From: Cyanidioschyzon merolae | Lineage: Eukaryota | Length of the DNA stretch: 64,000 nt | Strand: one strand, 5' to 3' | Assembly: GCA_000091205.1 (NCBI GenBank) | Contig: AP006491.2 | Part shown: positions 21,547 to 31,856 of the stretch, in pieces | How positions within the stretch are numbered: the stretch's first letter is position 1 | How the letters are laid out: each line of letters opens with the position of its first letter | Program-made: the position numbers and the translations under genes | Notes under the pieces: model-generated | Seen by the model: the letters and a program-made list of their open reading frames with translations, nothing else | What the model was told of the DNA's origin: nothing | Database searches by the model: none

Positions 21547-23063
21547 TACGGAAGGCATGCTGCCGAGGCGTCCAGTCTTGATCCAGCGACCCTGCAGCTA
21601 CTGATCCTCCCACAGACGTTTGCTGATGTGTCGCATACGCTGTGATCAACGCGCGCTACTACTACCACTGGCAAAGCTGCGAGCTCCACCCAAAAGCAGC
21701 ATGGCGTTGCAATGTCTCTGAAACGAGTGTCAGCTCGCGGCAATGTATGCAGCGTACCAAGGTGCAACTCGAGGCGTTGCTCGTCAATGCGTATCGGGCG
21801 CGCGCTCTCTCTTTCTCTCTTTCGCTTCAAATCAGCAGCCCTTGCACTTGGTCCACGAACGCATACACTCAGGAATATTCCGCACAAAAATAGCGTGGCC
21901 CTTAGAGTGGTGGATCACGTAGATATTGACTTGCCGACACGAGCAGGGCATGAGCTGTGACTGCTCGTTGCAGACACGAGCGCCTACTCTGTAGCAGCAC
22001 GTCCAACCGACAGTGCAGATGCGTGGAAACGAACTGAGGCCATCCAGTTCGTCACTCGCGTGACCCATGGCGTAGCGCATCCTCCTTGATTCCCCAGTCA
22101 TTTGGTTTTGATATTGCACAGTGTGCGACATCGCCGTGTGCACGGATATTGTTCGACGTCAGCGAAGCCTCGACTTGTCTGCACCGCCTCAAATGAGGAA
22201 GAACGTTCGTATAAACGTAAGCACAAGCACACGCACTGATGCACAGAGACCATGTGGTGACCTGTTTGGGGAATCGTAGCTCCGTTACATAGCATCGATG
22301 CTTCATCACGCTCGTCCACGAGTGATGTGACCTGAGTTCCGATCAAGCCCTGGCCGCCGTGTTCGTTATGAATGTCGTCACTGGAGTTGCTCCTTCGTTT
22401 GCCGTTGCTCATAATAACACTCGTGTACAGCAAGGAACGAAATGATGCTCCAAAGTACACAATTGAACAAGACCGCGGCATGCGCTGCCCGCGTCAGCAC
22501 CCGCAGTCCACCGAGCACGACATGTTAGGGTGTTGCAGGTGCGCCCCAAGGATGCGTTGGTCATTTGAGACATTCGCTGGAGACAGGATTGCATCTGCAT
22601 TGCCAACAGGACGGTCACTTGCGCATGCTCTCAGTTAAACGAACCATTTACCGTGCTCCTTGGAGGCTACACGCGTTTTGCCACGATGGTCGCCTGTCGT
22701 GGCGGCCGCTTTGGCAAGCAATTGTCCCATGCACGCTGTCGCACAGAGCCCGGCGCGTCGTCGCCCTCATCATGGCATCAAACGGGTTGCTGAGCGTACC
22801 GCGGCTCCTGTCCAGCTCGACAGGAATCGTTCAGTCGTACAGGCCAGCATCAACGCTGCGCAGACAATCACAGAAAAAGCGCTACCACTTCCCGATGATG
22901 AAATCTACAGAACTGCGACCTGTGCGAGGTTGTACGGGAGCTGCAGGATAGAATCTCCATGTAGGCGTCCATGATGTGACGTTTCGGGATTCGCTGCACT
23001 GCACGGACTGCTTCATTCTCTAAAACAGAGGTGAAACGCAGCGCAGGCGCCAAATGCTGCCTT

Positions 23064-23984
23064 TCATGAGCTTGACGCTCGAAACGTATCATCGTCCAGT
23101 GTGCAATAGATATGGCCCTCGTTCTGGAGCGCGTCGCAAATACCGCGCACTTTCGTCGTGCTGAGCGCTATCCTTTGCGCAATGTCCGTCAGCATCGCGT
23201 CGCGATTCCGTGCGGTCTCCTCTCGAATGCATTTGAGAACTTTGAAATGTTCAGGAGGAAACGCTGCTGGGATTTCCAGACCAGGAGCTTGCTGGGCCAT
23301 CTCCTTGGGTGCCCCAGATCCCAGCGAACTGCGATGCACCGCTTTGCTGGGTCCCGCCTTTGGTGATGCCGGCGACGATGACGCGCCTGCGAGGGCGTTC
23401 CCCGCGGTTGGATACCCTCGAATGAGTTGCAGTTTCGACAGCTGACACAAATTTTCGTGATATCTGAGTTCAACCTCACCGTCCGCTTTGCGTATGGCGC
23501 GCACGTTGAGGACTCGCCTGCCGTCCACTTCGAGCAACTGTCCGAAAACCCGTACAAGAATCCCGCTCTGCTCGAGCGCTGCAAGCGAGCTACTACTCGT
23601 GCTAGCCATACGGGCCCAAATCATTTCACCACTCCTGTCGTCGAGAAGCCATAAAAGATCAAGAGGTTGCTCCCTCAGTTCTTCCACGTAAGCTACTACC
23701 TTCACAATCGAGCCCTCTGATATGGTGATGCTCTGGTGTTCATTCTCATCACGCAGAACAAACGTATTCGTCACTGGATCATGGACTGCATGCACCAGAT
23801 CAGCGACACGGACTGGGAGTAAACTTCTACGCTGGTCACGTAACGAGGACCCCGAGCCGACTCCAAACCGTGTTGAAGCGTTTCCGCCGGTACGCGCCGG
23901 TGACTCGGGGAGAAAACCGCCGCCTCCGTAGGCGCCGTACGTGTTTGAATAGTCCATAAGAACGTCAGCTTGCGTCAGTTGCAA
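23064..23984 (-). CDS. RPA2: Replication protein A 32-kDa subunit (RPA2). Alternative start at Met10 (23957).
   Basis: Gly-rich N-terminus 'YGAYGGGGF', a central OB-fold region, and C-terminal winged-helix 'FKVLKCIREETARNRDAMLTDIAQRIALSTTKVRGICDALQNEGHIYCTLDDDTFR' (cf. human '...[23 protein letters not shown]'). Confidence 0.8.
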   Translation of the reverse strand: MQLTQADVLMDYSNTYGAYGGGGFLPESPARTGGNASTRFGVGSGSSLRDQRRSLLPVRVADLVHAVHDPVTNTFVLRDENEHQSITISEGSIVKVVAYVEELREQPLDLLWLLDDRSGEMIWARMASTSSSSLAALEQSGILVRVFGQLLEVDGRRVLNVRAIRKADGEVELRYHENLCQLSKLQLIRGYPTAGNALAGASSSPASPKAGPSKAVHRSSLGSGAPKEMAQQAPGLEIPAAFPPEHFKVLKCIREETARNRDAMLTDIAQRIALSTTKVRGICDALQNEGHIYCTLDDDTFRASSS

Positions 23985-25483
23985 GTCGTTGAAAGCAGCA
24001 GCCCCAACTTACGGCAACCAGTTGATCACTTCACGCTGATTCCAGGGAACAAAGAGCGACGGCGAGTTTCGTGCGCTTCGCTTCAGACGTAAGCGTCGCT
24101 CACACTTTTCCTCGAAGAAAAGAAAAGTGCGCGCGCGCGCTCGACGCTGCCGTCGGTACCCGCCAAATCTACAGGCTGCGGTCTAGGCGTCGCTGTGAGC
24201 GTTTCGCGAAGCGTCTAGGCACGTTCACTGGTGGACGCTCTTACAGGTGTCGCAGAGAAAAGCACAACCGGAGGACGTCTGACTCGTTTAAGGGACCAAA
24301 AATCGCCAGAAAGTTTGGATAGCAACGTCGATGCCATTGCATTCTGCGGCTGAAGACGCAGGGTGGAACTTCACCGCTGAAGTTCGGTGATGCGTCGACA
24401 GCTTCCTCGATATGCGCTCGAGCACGCCTCCTCTGGCGCACTACGGATTCTGCTCGTGAAAACCTAAAATCGTCATGTTTCCCGAACTCTCTTCTTCTAT
24501 TCCATTGGTCATGAAAAGGACGTTTGCGTCTATTGCTAGCGCTCTCGACGCGACCTGGAAGCAACCGAGTCATCGGAATAGCGTACGACTGGGGCCGTGG
24601 CGCGCTGCGGCACCTGCCAGCCAGTGCCGACAGGTCACTCGGTGAACACGCACCGGTGGACACGCTAGGCGAGCATCCAGATGGGATTCCATGTTTTACG
24701 GGGTCGAAACGAAGGCTCTATTCAGAGAACCCTGAACGCACGACTCGTATCGGCAACCAGGGAAGCGGCTACCATGTCACTCCAGCCAATTTGAGTCTCC
24801 ATATTCACAGTCAGATTTTTCTTCGGGGATCACCGTTCATTCGAGCGATCCTTCGAGTGTCGCATTTGTTGTGCGCGTCTGTTGCAGCGCGAAACGCGCT
24901 GTTGCTGATGCCCCTCTACAGACAGAATCGCAGTGCCTTACGCCTATGGGTATCGTCAAAAGGGATGGAAGCACCTGTGCGTACCAGCGGGTTGCGCTCG
25001 ACATTCGCACTGGATGCAAGTGTCAGAGTGTTTCGTTCATATTCGGACTAGGTGGAAGCACGTGCGGGCGCTTCGCTCCGAGGTTGTGACGTTGCACGAC
25101 GAGGCGCCTCCGCCGGTGGCATGGCTGGCGTTCGGCATTTTTCGCGCGGATGCCGCTGTTGCTATCGCAGAACCCGCGCCTCGACGCATGCTCAAGTCGA
25201 GACCTCGTGAAAGCTTGTTACAGAATCCGTACGTTTAGCGCTATCACGGACGAATACGTCGCAGTGCAGGCAGTCGGCTGGCTGTGTGCTGTGCACCAGC
25301 TTTGAACGTGGATCATCGGGCAGCGATGCAGTCGAAGGCGCGAATCACGAGCACGCTCCACTGCGGCAGGTGCTTCATTCACAACCCGAGGGCGCGACAG
25401 GAAGCTTGTCACGAGAGCCGTAAAAGCTCAAGAGCGAGCGCTCATGGATCTGTGCTGTCACCAGCGACACCGCAGATGATCGC

Positions 25484-26461
25484 TTAAGAATCGCCCTGGA
25501 CCGACGCAGATCGAGGCCTCTTGCGAGCGTCTCGCATGACGCTCTGGTTCGAGTTCGCTTGGGGACTGGCTTCGGCTTCGGACTCGAGAATCCGCTTTTC
25601 TGTGGAGATGTTGGACGTGGGCGACGTTTTGCCAAGCTGGTCGAAATTCAGGGCGGGCACTCCAGACGGATCATGAGCGGATGCGTCGCCAGATCGATGC
25701 GTTGCGTCGGCTTCGACGCTAACACCAACTTCCTGCAAAAACGACTCCATTTCCTGCTCAAGCGAATCTACTTGCGGTTCTGTTTCGTGCCGGTGTGCAA
25801 CAGCAGCTCGAACAGCTCGCTCGGCAGCGAGACGCGCGATCCGAGCGTCCTCCCGCAGGGTGCCATTCATCGCAGCGAGTTCCCGCAGCTGTGCTATCTT
25901 GAGCGCATTCTCCTCGTCGCGCCGGGGCACAAGGATCTCTTCTTTCAGGTATTTGGCACAGGCAGCGACTCGCTGTCGAGCGTCCGCACCAACAGCCTCG
26001 ATACGTGCATGCAAGGCGTCGTCGCCTGCGTCGCGCGAACGTGCGCCTCGTCCGCGAATCAGGAGTCGACACCGAAATCGCTCCTCAATTCGTTTCTGCG
26101 TGACACCTCGCGGTCCAAGCACCAAACCTGCAAAGTTCATATGCGGGTATTTGTCGACCGGAAAGTATACTTTCGACTCTGCTCGCGGCGGCGGGCAACC
26201 CGGCGGCAACCGAAACTTGGGGTCCAAGGCAAACGCCTCAAAGAGTAGGTCATCGCGTTCGGCGGCAAGTATGGCGCAAGCTCTTTGGAACGCTGTATTG
26301 ACTCGACGTCCCGCACGATCATAGACTGGAGCGATAATACTGTCCTTCTCAACGGGCTCTAGAACTGCTCGAAAGTTGATTCGCTCCTCGCCTCGCAGCA
26401 GGCGTCCTATTTGTTCAACACGCTCTCGGATTTGCTGCAGTCGCTCACTGTTCCGCGGCAT
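25484..26461 (-). CDS. SF1: Splicing factor 1 / branchpoint-binding protein-like (KH-QUA2, STAR family). Start placed at 'MPRNSERL' within ORF 25484-26614.
   Basis: KH domain 'PVDKYPHMNFAGLVLGPRGVTQKRIEERFRCRLLIRGRG' and QUA2 'EENALKIAQLRELAAMNGTLRED' (SF1 pattern K..QLRELA.LNGT). No CCHC zinc knuckle is seen. Confidence 0.7.
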   Translation of the reverse strand: MPRNSERLQQIRERVEQIGRLLRGEERINFRAVLEPVEKDSIIAPVYDRAGRRVNTAFQRACAILAAERDDLLFEAFALDPKFRLPPGCPPPRAESKVYFPVDKYPHMNFAGLVLGPRGVTQKRIEERFRCRLLIRGRGARSRDAGDDALHARIEAVGADARQRVAACAKYLKEEILVPRRDEENALKIAQLRELAAMNGTLREDARIARLAAERAVRAAVAHRHETEPQVDSLEQEMESFLQEVGVSVEADATHRSGDASAHDPSGVPALNFDQLGKTSPTSNISTEKRILESEAEASPQANSNQSVMRDARKRPRSASVQGDS

Positions 26462-28078
26462 TCCCCTAGAGTCTAAAGCTCGCCTCCAGTTCAACCAGTT
26501 CCAGGTAGTCTGTGCGTACTGACAACTCCAGACTGGATTTTCGGTGACAAACGCGGCAGCGACAGCACCAGAACTGCAGGTGCTTGCTGCCAAGAGCGCC
26601 CCGACCGCTGCCACCGCTCAGTCCGCAAAACGACTCGAGTCGCGCTCTTGTCCCCGCCGTATATCCTACGAGAGCACGTCTCGTCTCGGGGTGACGCACC
26701 AGCGCCCGTCACGCGGATACCTGTTGCTCGCCGGGTCAAGTGTGGAAAACCTGTCGCAGCAACGCCGAAGCCTTGTAACCCTTCGGAGCGCACGCCTCCG
26801 CAGTGCGTCATGAGTCACCGGGGCATGGCGAGTGTGCGCGGAGACGCCCCTGGACCTGGGTTGGGTTCCTGTCGCCGCCGTCGCACTGCAGCGCGTGCCT
26901 GGAGTGTACTGTGGTGATTGCTGTCGTAACTGTGCCGAGGGTGTCACTGCTTCCTCAAGAGATGGGTTATCGGTAAACATGCATGTATTCGCAAAACGCC
27001 CTGGTATCCGCTGTGCAACGCATCCAGCAGCAGGCTCTAGATGCGATACTAACCTGACGCGCTCATCTGAAAAGCACAGGCATCGCCATAGGTGCAGCAG
27101 TCAGCAGCCGGTACTCACCAGACGTCGCACGCACTGCTGGCGTTGTCACCGACACTGGACGGCGCCAAGCGCTGCAGCTTTGCAACCCCTGGTTGTTATC
27201 TCCCATCTCATTCAGGATAGGTATCCTCGCTGGGGACGTCATTCAGCATCGAGTGCCTCGAAGACACGCGGCGCACTGCTCGCCGTGCGTCCACGTTCCT
27301 CGAAACGGCAACTTCCTTGACTCCGGATGCAACCGAATCGCTTCCTGTACCTCACACATGAATACCAAATAAAAACTGCGTACTGCGACTGCAGCAGTCC
27401 AGGGAAATGATGACGTTGCCCGAGACACGCCACGCATGCGTTCTCGCTCACCGCTGTGCCATGAGCAGGCGCATTGAGAGGCCCCACACTGCATCCATGC
27501 CCGCATCGTGCATGGAATGGCATGCGTGAGGGCATCACACCGCACCAGTGCCCTCAGCGGATCGAGTCTTTCACTGCGTTGCCTTGAATATCGTCGAAAA
27601 CTAGTATGCATACATGTACGCACACACACACCCACACGCATATGTACACAGCATCTTCGAAGTGTCCTCCTGGAAACCTTGTATTAGGAGCATCCTCTTG
27701 ATTTGGTGTGCGTGTATCCGTGGCCAGCGCGGCACGCATCTGCATGCCGACGACGTGTCCAACAGCACGCAGATGCGTGCGATGTGACGGCGCGCCGCGC
27801 GCACTCCAGCTGCAGCCTCAGACGCCAGCTTCGACTCGGAGCGCTGGTGCGCAACGCTTTGGAGTTTCGCGTTCATAGGGGGCGCTCTCTGGGGGCACCA
27901 TCAAGCACGTTTTTGCCCTAGGCTGCTCGTTGAGCACTTCTCCGTGCTACCCAAGCAAAGGCTGGTCACAGCTGTGGTGTAAAGGACAAGATTCCAGGCC
28001 GACAACGGCCTTCACCTTGTCTCGAGCACAGAAGCAGCGCAAGCAACCCCTGGTGGTTGGTTACGTTCCTCGCGCACC

Positions 28079-31000
28079 ATGTTTAAGCACCAGAACGTTA
28101 CGCCGGATGCAGGGGCGGTGTCGCCCCACCGGACTCGGGTCACGTTTCTGGTTCGTTGCCGACAAGTTGTGGACGCGGCCGGCGAGCAGTTGGTGCTGGT
28201 CGGAGATCATCCAGCGCTGGGCAGTTGGGAGCCAGCGCGTGGCGTGCCGATGACCCGTCAGGAGCGCTCATCTACCCCGGAGCCGGTATCGACTAGTGCG
28301 ATAGGTCAGCAGGCGCACGCAACGTTGAGCAGCTCGCAGCAGAGCTCCCGCGCAGCTTCCTGGTCGTGCGAAGTGGTGCTCGATAACGGCTCGCAACTAA
28401 ACTACAAGTACTGCATCGTTGCTCGCGACCCAGATTCAGGTGTCATCGACCAGAGTCACGAGCCGCGGTTTGAGAGCTTTGAAGGGAACCGCAGGCTGAA
28501 AGTGATGGGCATCGCGATGCGCGTTGATGATCACAACTTTGGTGAGCGCTACGACGCTACCGACGAGTCCCGCATTCGGGTGGACTACGGCAGAGTGTTT
28601 GGCGGTTTCGAAGCTCCTCGCCAGTTAGAGGTTCCAAGTCTGGAAGGTGGCAGTGTAGGCGAGCAGCTGCCGTACAGCGGTGCAAGCTCCCTACTGGGCA
28701 CGCTGCCACCGTTGACGAATCCGCCCACGCTCATTATCGTGATTTACCGTCTCCCGGTTATTGCAAAGAGATCGGAGCGGGGCTGGTCGTTTTCCTGGGA
28801 CGATGATGCACTGTATCTGACTTCGCTGGGACTTCGGCGAGGTCTCGATGGAAAAATTCGAATCCTCTGGGTCGGCGTGCTGAACTGCGACGACGAAGTT
28901 CCGATCCACGAGCAGTCACACGTTAGTAACACGCTGTATCAGCGCTTCGGCTGTATACCGGTGTTCCTGCCCACGGAAACCCGAATGAAATTCTACCAGG
29001 GCTTTTGCAAGGGCGTCCTGTGGCCGCTCTTTCATATGATCACTGAGATTATGGACGAGGAAAAAATGGAAACAAAGAAATTCGATCGAAGCTTGTGGCA
29101 TGTGTACTGCACCGTGAACCGCAAATTCGCGGATACCGTGGTCGCCGTGTACCACGAGCACGACCTCATCTGGATCCACGACTACCACCTGATGGTGTTG
29201 CCATCGCAGCTGCGACGGAAATTATCCGGAGCCAAAATCGGTTTCTTCCTACATACGCCCTGGCCGTCAAGCGAAATCTATCGAATGTTGCCGGTGCGCG
29301 ATGAGCTTCTCCGTGGACTCCTATCATCATCACTCATTGGATTTCATCTCTTTGACTATGCGCGTCACTTCCTCTCCGCCTGTGTCCGCTTGCTCAACCT
29401 GGAGCACGAGTCATCGCGCGGTGCGCTTGCAGTGGAATACTCGGGACGACATGTTATGATTCGAGTATCGCACATCGGGGTGGATCCCGACCGCTTTCGT
29501 GAACGCCTCGAACATCCCAACGTGCGACAGGCTGCGGAGACCTTGGCCGGAGATATCCACGATCGCATCGTTCTCTGCGGTATTGATGATCTGGACATTG
29601 TTAAGGGTATTGCGCTCAAACTGCAGGCTTTTGAAACGCTCCTCCAAACGTACCCAGGCTACCATCGCCGCCTCGTCTTGATGCAAGCAGCGATCCCGAA
29701 GGCTGCGCGCGTCAAGCCCTACGTTCGCGACGAGATTCGATCGCTTGTGGAGCGCATCAACGGCCGCTACGGCAGCGCAGAGTACCGCCCAGTAGTGTAC
29801 ATCGAGCGAGACATCACCTTCGACGAGCGTGTGGCCATGTACAGTCTCGCGGATGCTATCTTCCTCACGCCGATCCGCGATGGTCTGAATCTGGTTCCCT
29901 ATGAGTACGTCGTATCGGCGTCCAAGAGCAAGGGTCAGCTGATCCTCAGCGAGTTCACCGGCTGCTCACGAGCACTTTCTGGAGCAGTTCGCATCAATCC
30001 GTGGAATCGAGAAGAGGTTGCCGCTGCGATCGACTCAGTCCTGCAAAACAACGACGAAGTGAAACAGCGAAAACACGCCGCTGATTACAGCTATGTGTGT
30101 GAACACACAACAGCCACCTGGGCGTACTCCTTTCTGTCGGATTTGGAGCGGGCCTCGGAGCCCGTTCGGCGACTGACCAGGCTGGGTCTGGGGTATGGTG
30201 TAGGTGCCCGCCTGGTCGAGTTCGAAGGCTTCCAGCATGTCTCGCCAGAGACGCTCTCGAAAGCGATGCGCGAGTCGTCGCATCGCCTCATCCTGCTGGA
30301 TTACGACGGAACGCTGACCCGCGCCGACCAGCGCCATGCGCGCATGGCGCACGCCTGGGCGAAACCCTCGGAGACCGTCATGCAATACCTGGAGGCGATT
30401 GCGGATAATCCCCAGAATTTCGTAGTCATCATGAGTGGAAGAACCAAAGAGGTCCTAGAGCAAGCCTTCAAAGACCTTGACAAAGTCGGTCTGGCAGCTG
30501 AGCACGGGTTCTACTATCGCTGGAACGGCTCTTGTCCGTGGCAAGAGAGCAAACCGAATGCGGATTTGTCGTGGATTGAGGTTGCACACGAAATCATGTT
30601 ATCCTACATGGAGCGTACCGATGGAAGCTATATTGAGCGCAAGACCGCGGGTCTCGTCTGGCACTACAAGGATGCAGATCCGGAGTTTGGCAGTTGGCAG
30701 GCAAGCGAGATGCACGACCATCTGGAGTCGGTGCTCAGCTCACTGGGTGTCCAGGTAATCTCTGGTAATCGTTGGGTGCAGGTACGACTCCGCGACGTGA
30801 ACAAGGGCATCATGGTGGAGACCATTCTTCGACACTACACGCATCCGACTGACGAGGATCATGCGACGAACGAGGGGTCTGCTATGACAGCAACAACGAG
30901 TACGACGACACCTGGTAGTGCTACAGCTGCTGCTACAGCTGCTGGTCAAGAACCTGGCCAATTGCCGGACTTTGTGCTCTGCTGTGGTGACGATCGCACT

Positions 31001-31366
31001 GACGAAGACATGTTTACGCGCATTGATCGCGCGTATGAACGATGTCCACCGGCAGTGCGCTCGCGCGTCTTCACCTGTGTCATCGGTGTCAAGCCCAGCA
31101 ACGCCCACTTCTACATTCGGGATTACGAAGAGATGATGGAGATTTTGGCGGCACTGGCTACTGCCTCCATGGCGGTGCGCCCGCCACGTTCAGCCACCCT
31201 GGAGGATTTTCGTCTTTCGATGGCAGCGGGTTCACCACTGCGTTCGGATTTGAGAACCAGCCTGGATAACGATCGCATCGCGCATAGTCTCGACACCAGC
31301 GACGATGCGAATACTACTGGAGCAGGTCTTCAGCGACGCTGGGGTCCAGGACGGCTCGGAGCCTAG
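28079..31366 (+). CDS. Bifunctional trehalose-6-phosphate synthase/phosphatase (GT20 + TPP) with an N-terminal CBM20 starch-binding domain.
   Basis: CBM20: 'TRVTFLVRCRQVVDAAGEQLVLVGDHPALGSWEPARGVPM...WSCEVVLDNGSQLNYKYCIV'. GT20: 'LIIVIYRLPV...WVGVL', 'FFLHTPWPSSEIYR', 'LIGFHLFDYARHFL', 'FLTPIRDGLNLVPYEYV'. TPP: 'LILLDYDGTLT', 'VIMSGRT', 'GDDRTDEDMF'. Confidence 0.9.
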   Translation: MFKHQNVTPDAGAVSPHRTRVTFLVRCRQVVDAAGEQLVLVGDHPALGSWEPARGVPMTRQERSSTPEPVSTSAIGQQAHATLSSSQQSSRAASWSCEVVLDNGSQLNYKYCIVARDPDSGVIDQSHEPRFESFEGNRRLKVMGIAMRVDDHNFGERYDATDESRIRVDYGRVFGGFEAPRQLEVPSLEGGSVGEQLPYSGASSLLGTLPPLTNPPTLIIVIYRLPVIAKRSERGWSFSWDDDALYLTSLGLRRGLDGKIRILWVGVLNCDDEVPIHEQSHVSNTLYQRFGCIPVFLPTETRMKFYQGFCKGVLWPLFHMITEIMDEEKMETKKFDRSLWHVYCTVNRKFADTVVAVYHEHDLIWIHDYHLMVLPSQLRRKLSGAKIGFFLHTPWPSSEIYRMLPVRDELLRGLLSSSLIGFHLFDYARHFLSACVRLLNLEHESSRGALAVEYSGRHVMIRVSHIGVDPDRFRERLEHPNVRQAAETLAGDIHDRIVLCGIDDLDIVKGIALKLQAFETLLQTYPGYHRRLVLMQAAIPKAARVKPYVRDEIRSLVERINGRYGSAEYRPVVYIERDITFDERVAMYSLADAIFLTPIRDGLNLVPYEYVVSASKSKGQLILSEFTGCSRALSGAVRINPWNREEVAAAIDSVLQNNDEVKQRKHAADYSYVCEHTTATWAYSFLSDLERASEPVRRLTRLGLGYGVGARLVEFEGFQHVSPETLSKAMRESSHRLILLDYDGTLTRADQRHARMAHAWAKPSETVMQYLEAIADNPQNFVVIMSGRTKEVLEQAFKDLDKVGLAAEHGFYYRWNGSCPWQESKPNADLSWIEVAHEIMLSYMERTDGSYIERKTAGLVWHYKDADPEFGSWQASEMHDHLESVLSSLGVQVISGNRWVQVRLRDVNKGIMVETILRHYTHPTDEDHATNEGSAMTATTSTTTPGSATAAATAAGQEPGQLPDFVLCCGDDRTDEDMFTRIDRAYERCPPAVRSRVFTCVIGVKPSNAHFYIRDYEEMMEILAALATASMAVRPPRSATLEDFRLSMAAGSPLRSDLRTSLDNDRIAHSLDTSDDANTTGAGLQRRWGPGRLGA

Positions 31367-31856
31367 TGCACATCTGGAAGCATCGCTACAGCCGTGGCGT
31401 CTTATGCGCCACATCAGCGTCGCTGGTGCTAGTGGTACATGGTAAAAGGCTGTTGCGCCGTTTGGCGCGAACTCACCTGGGCCGATCTGGTACCCTGCTT
31501 GGCCCGCGAACGCTCCAAAGCGGCAGTATCCAGAACGCGACACCCGGCCTCTACAAGCTGGTGGATTCGTGCCGGACTGGTTGTGCACGGGTATCCAGAG
31601 GCGCAACACGAGCGTGAGGTGCAGCGGCATCACCCGCGTGGTACGATTTGAGCAAGTTCTGTCCTTTAAATGTGCCATACGAGAAATAGAGAGACCTTTT
31701 TTGCTGTCTTCTAGCATCCAAATGCAGGGGTTTCGTCATTAATGTCCGGCGTGCTTTCACAAAAGTTCCGTCATGCACCGGCCTTGCGCGCAGTCGTTGC
31801 ATGTTCAGGGAAAACTGGGGTCCGCTGTCTAGTGACGCATTCCAGCCGCGGATATC

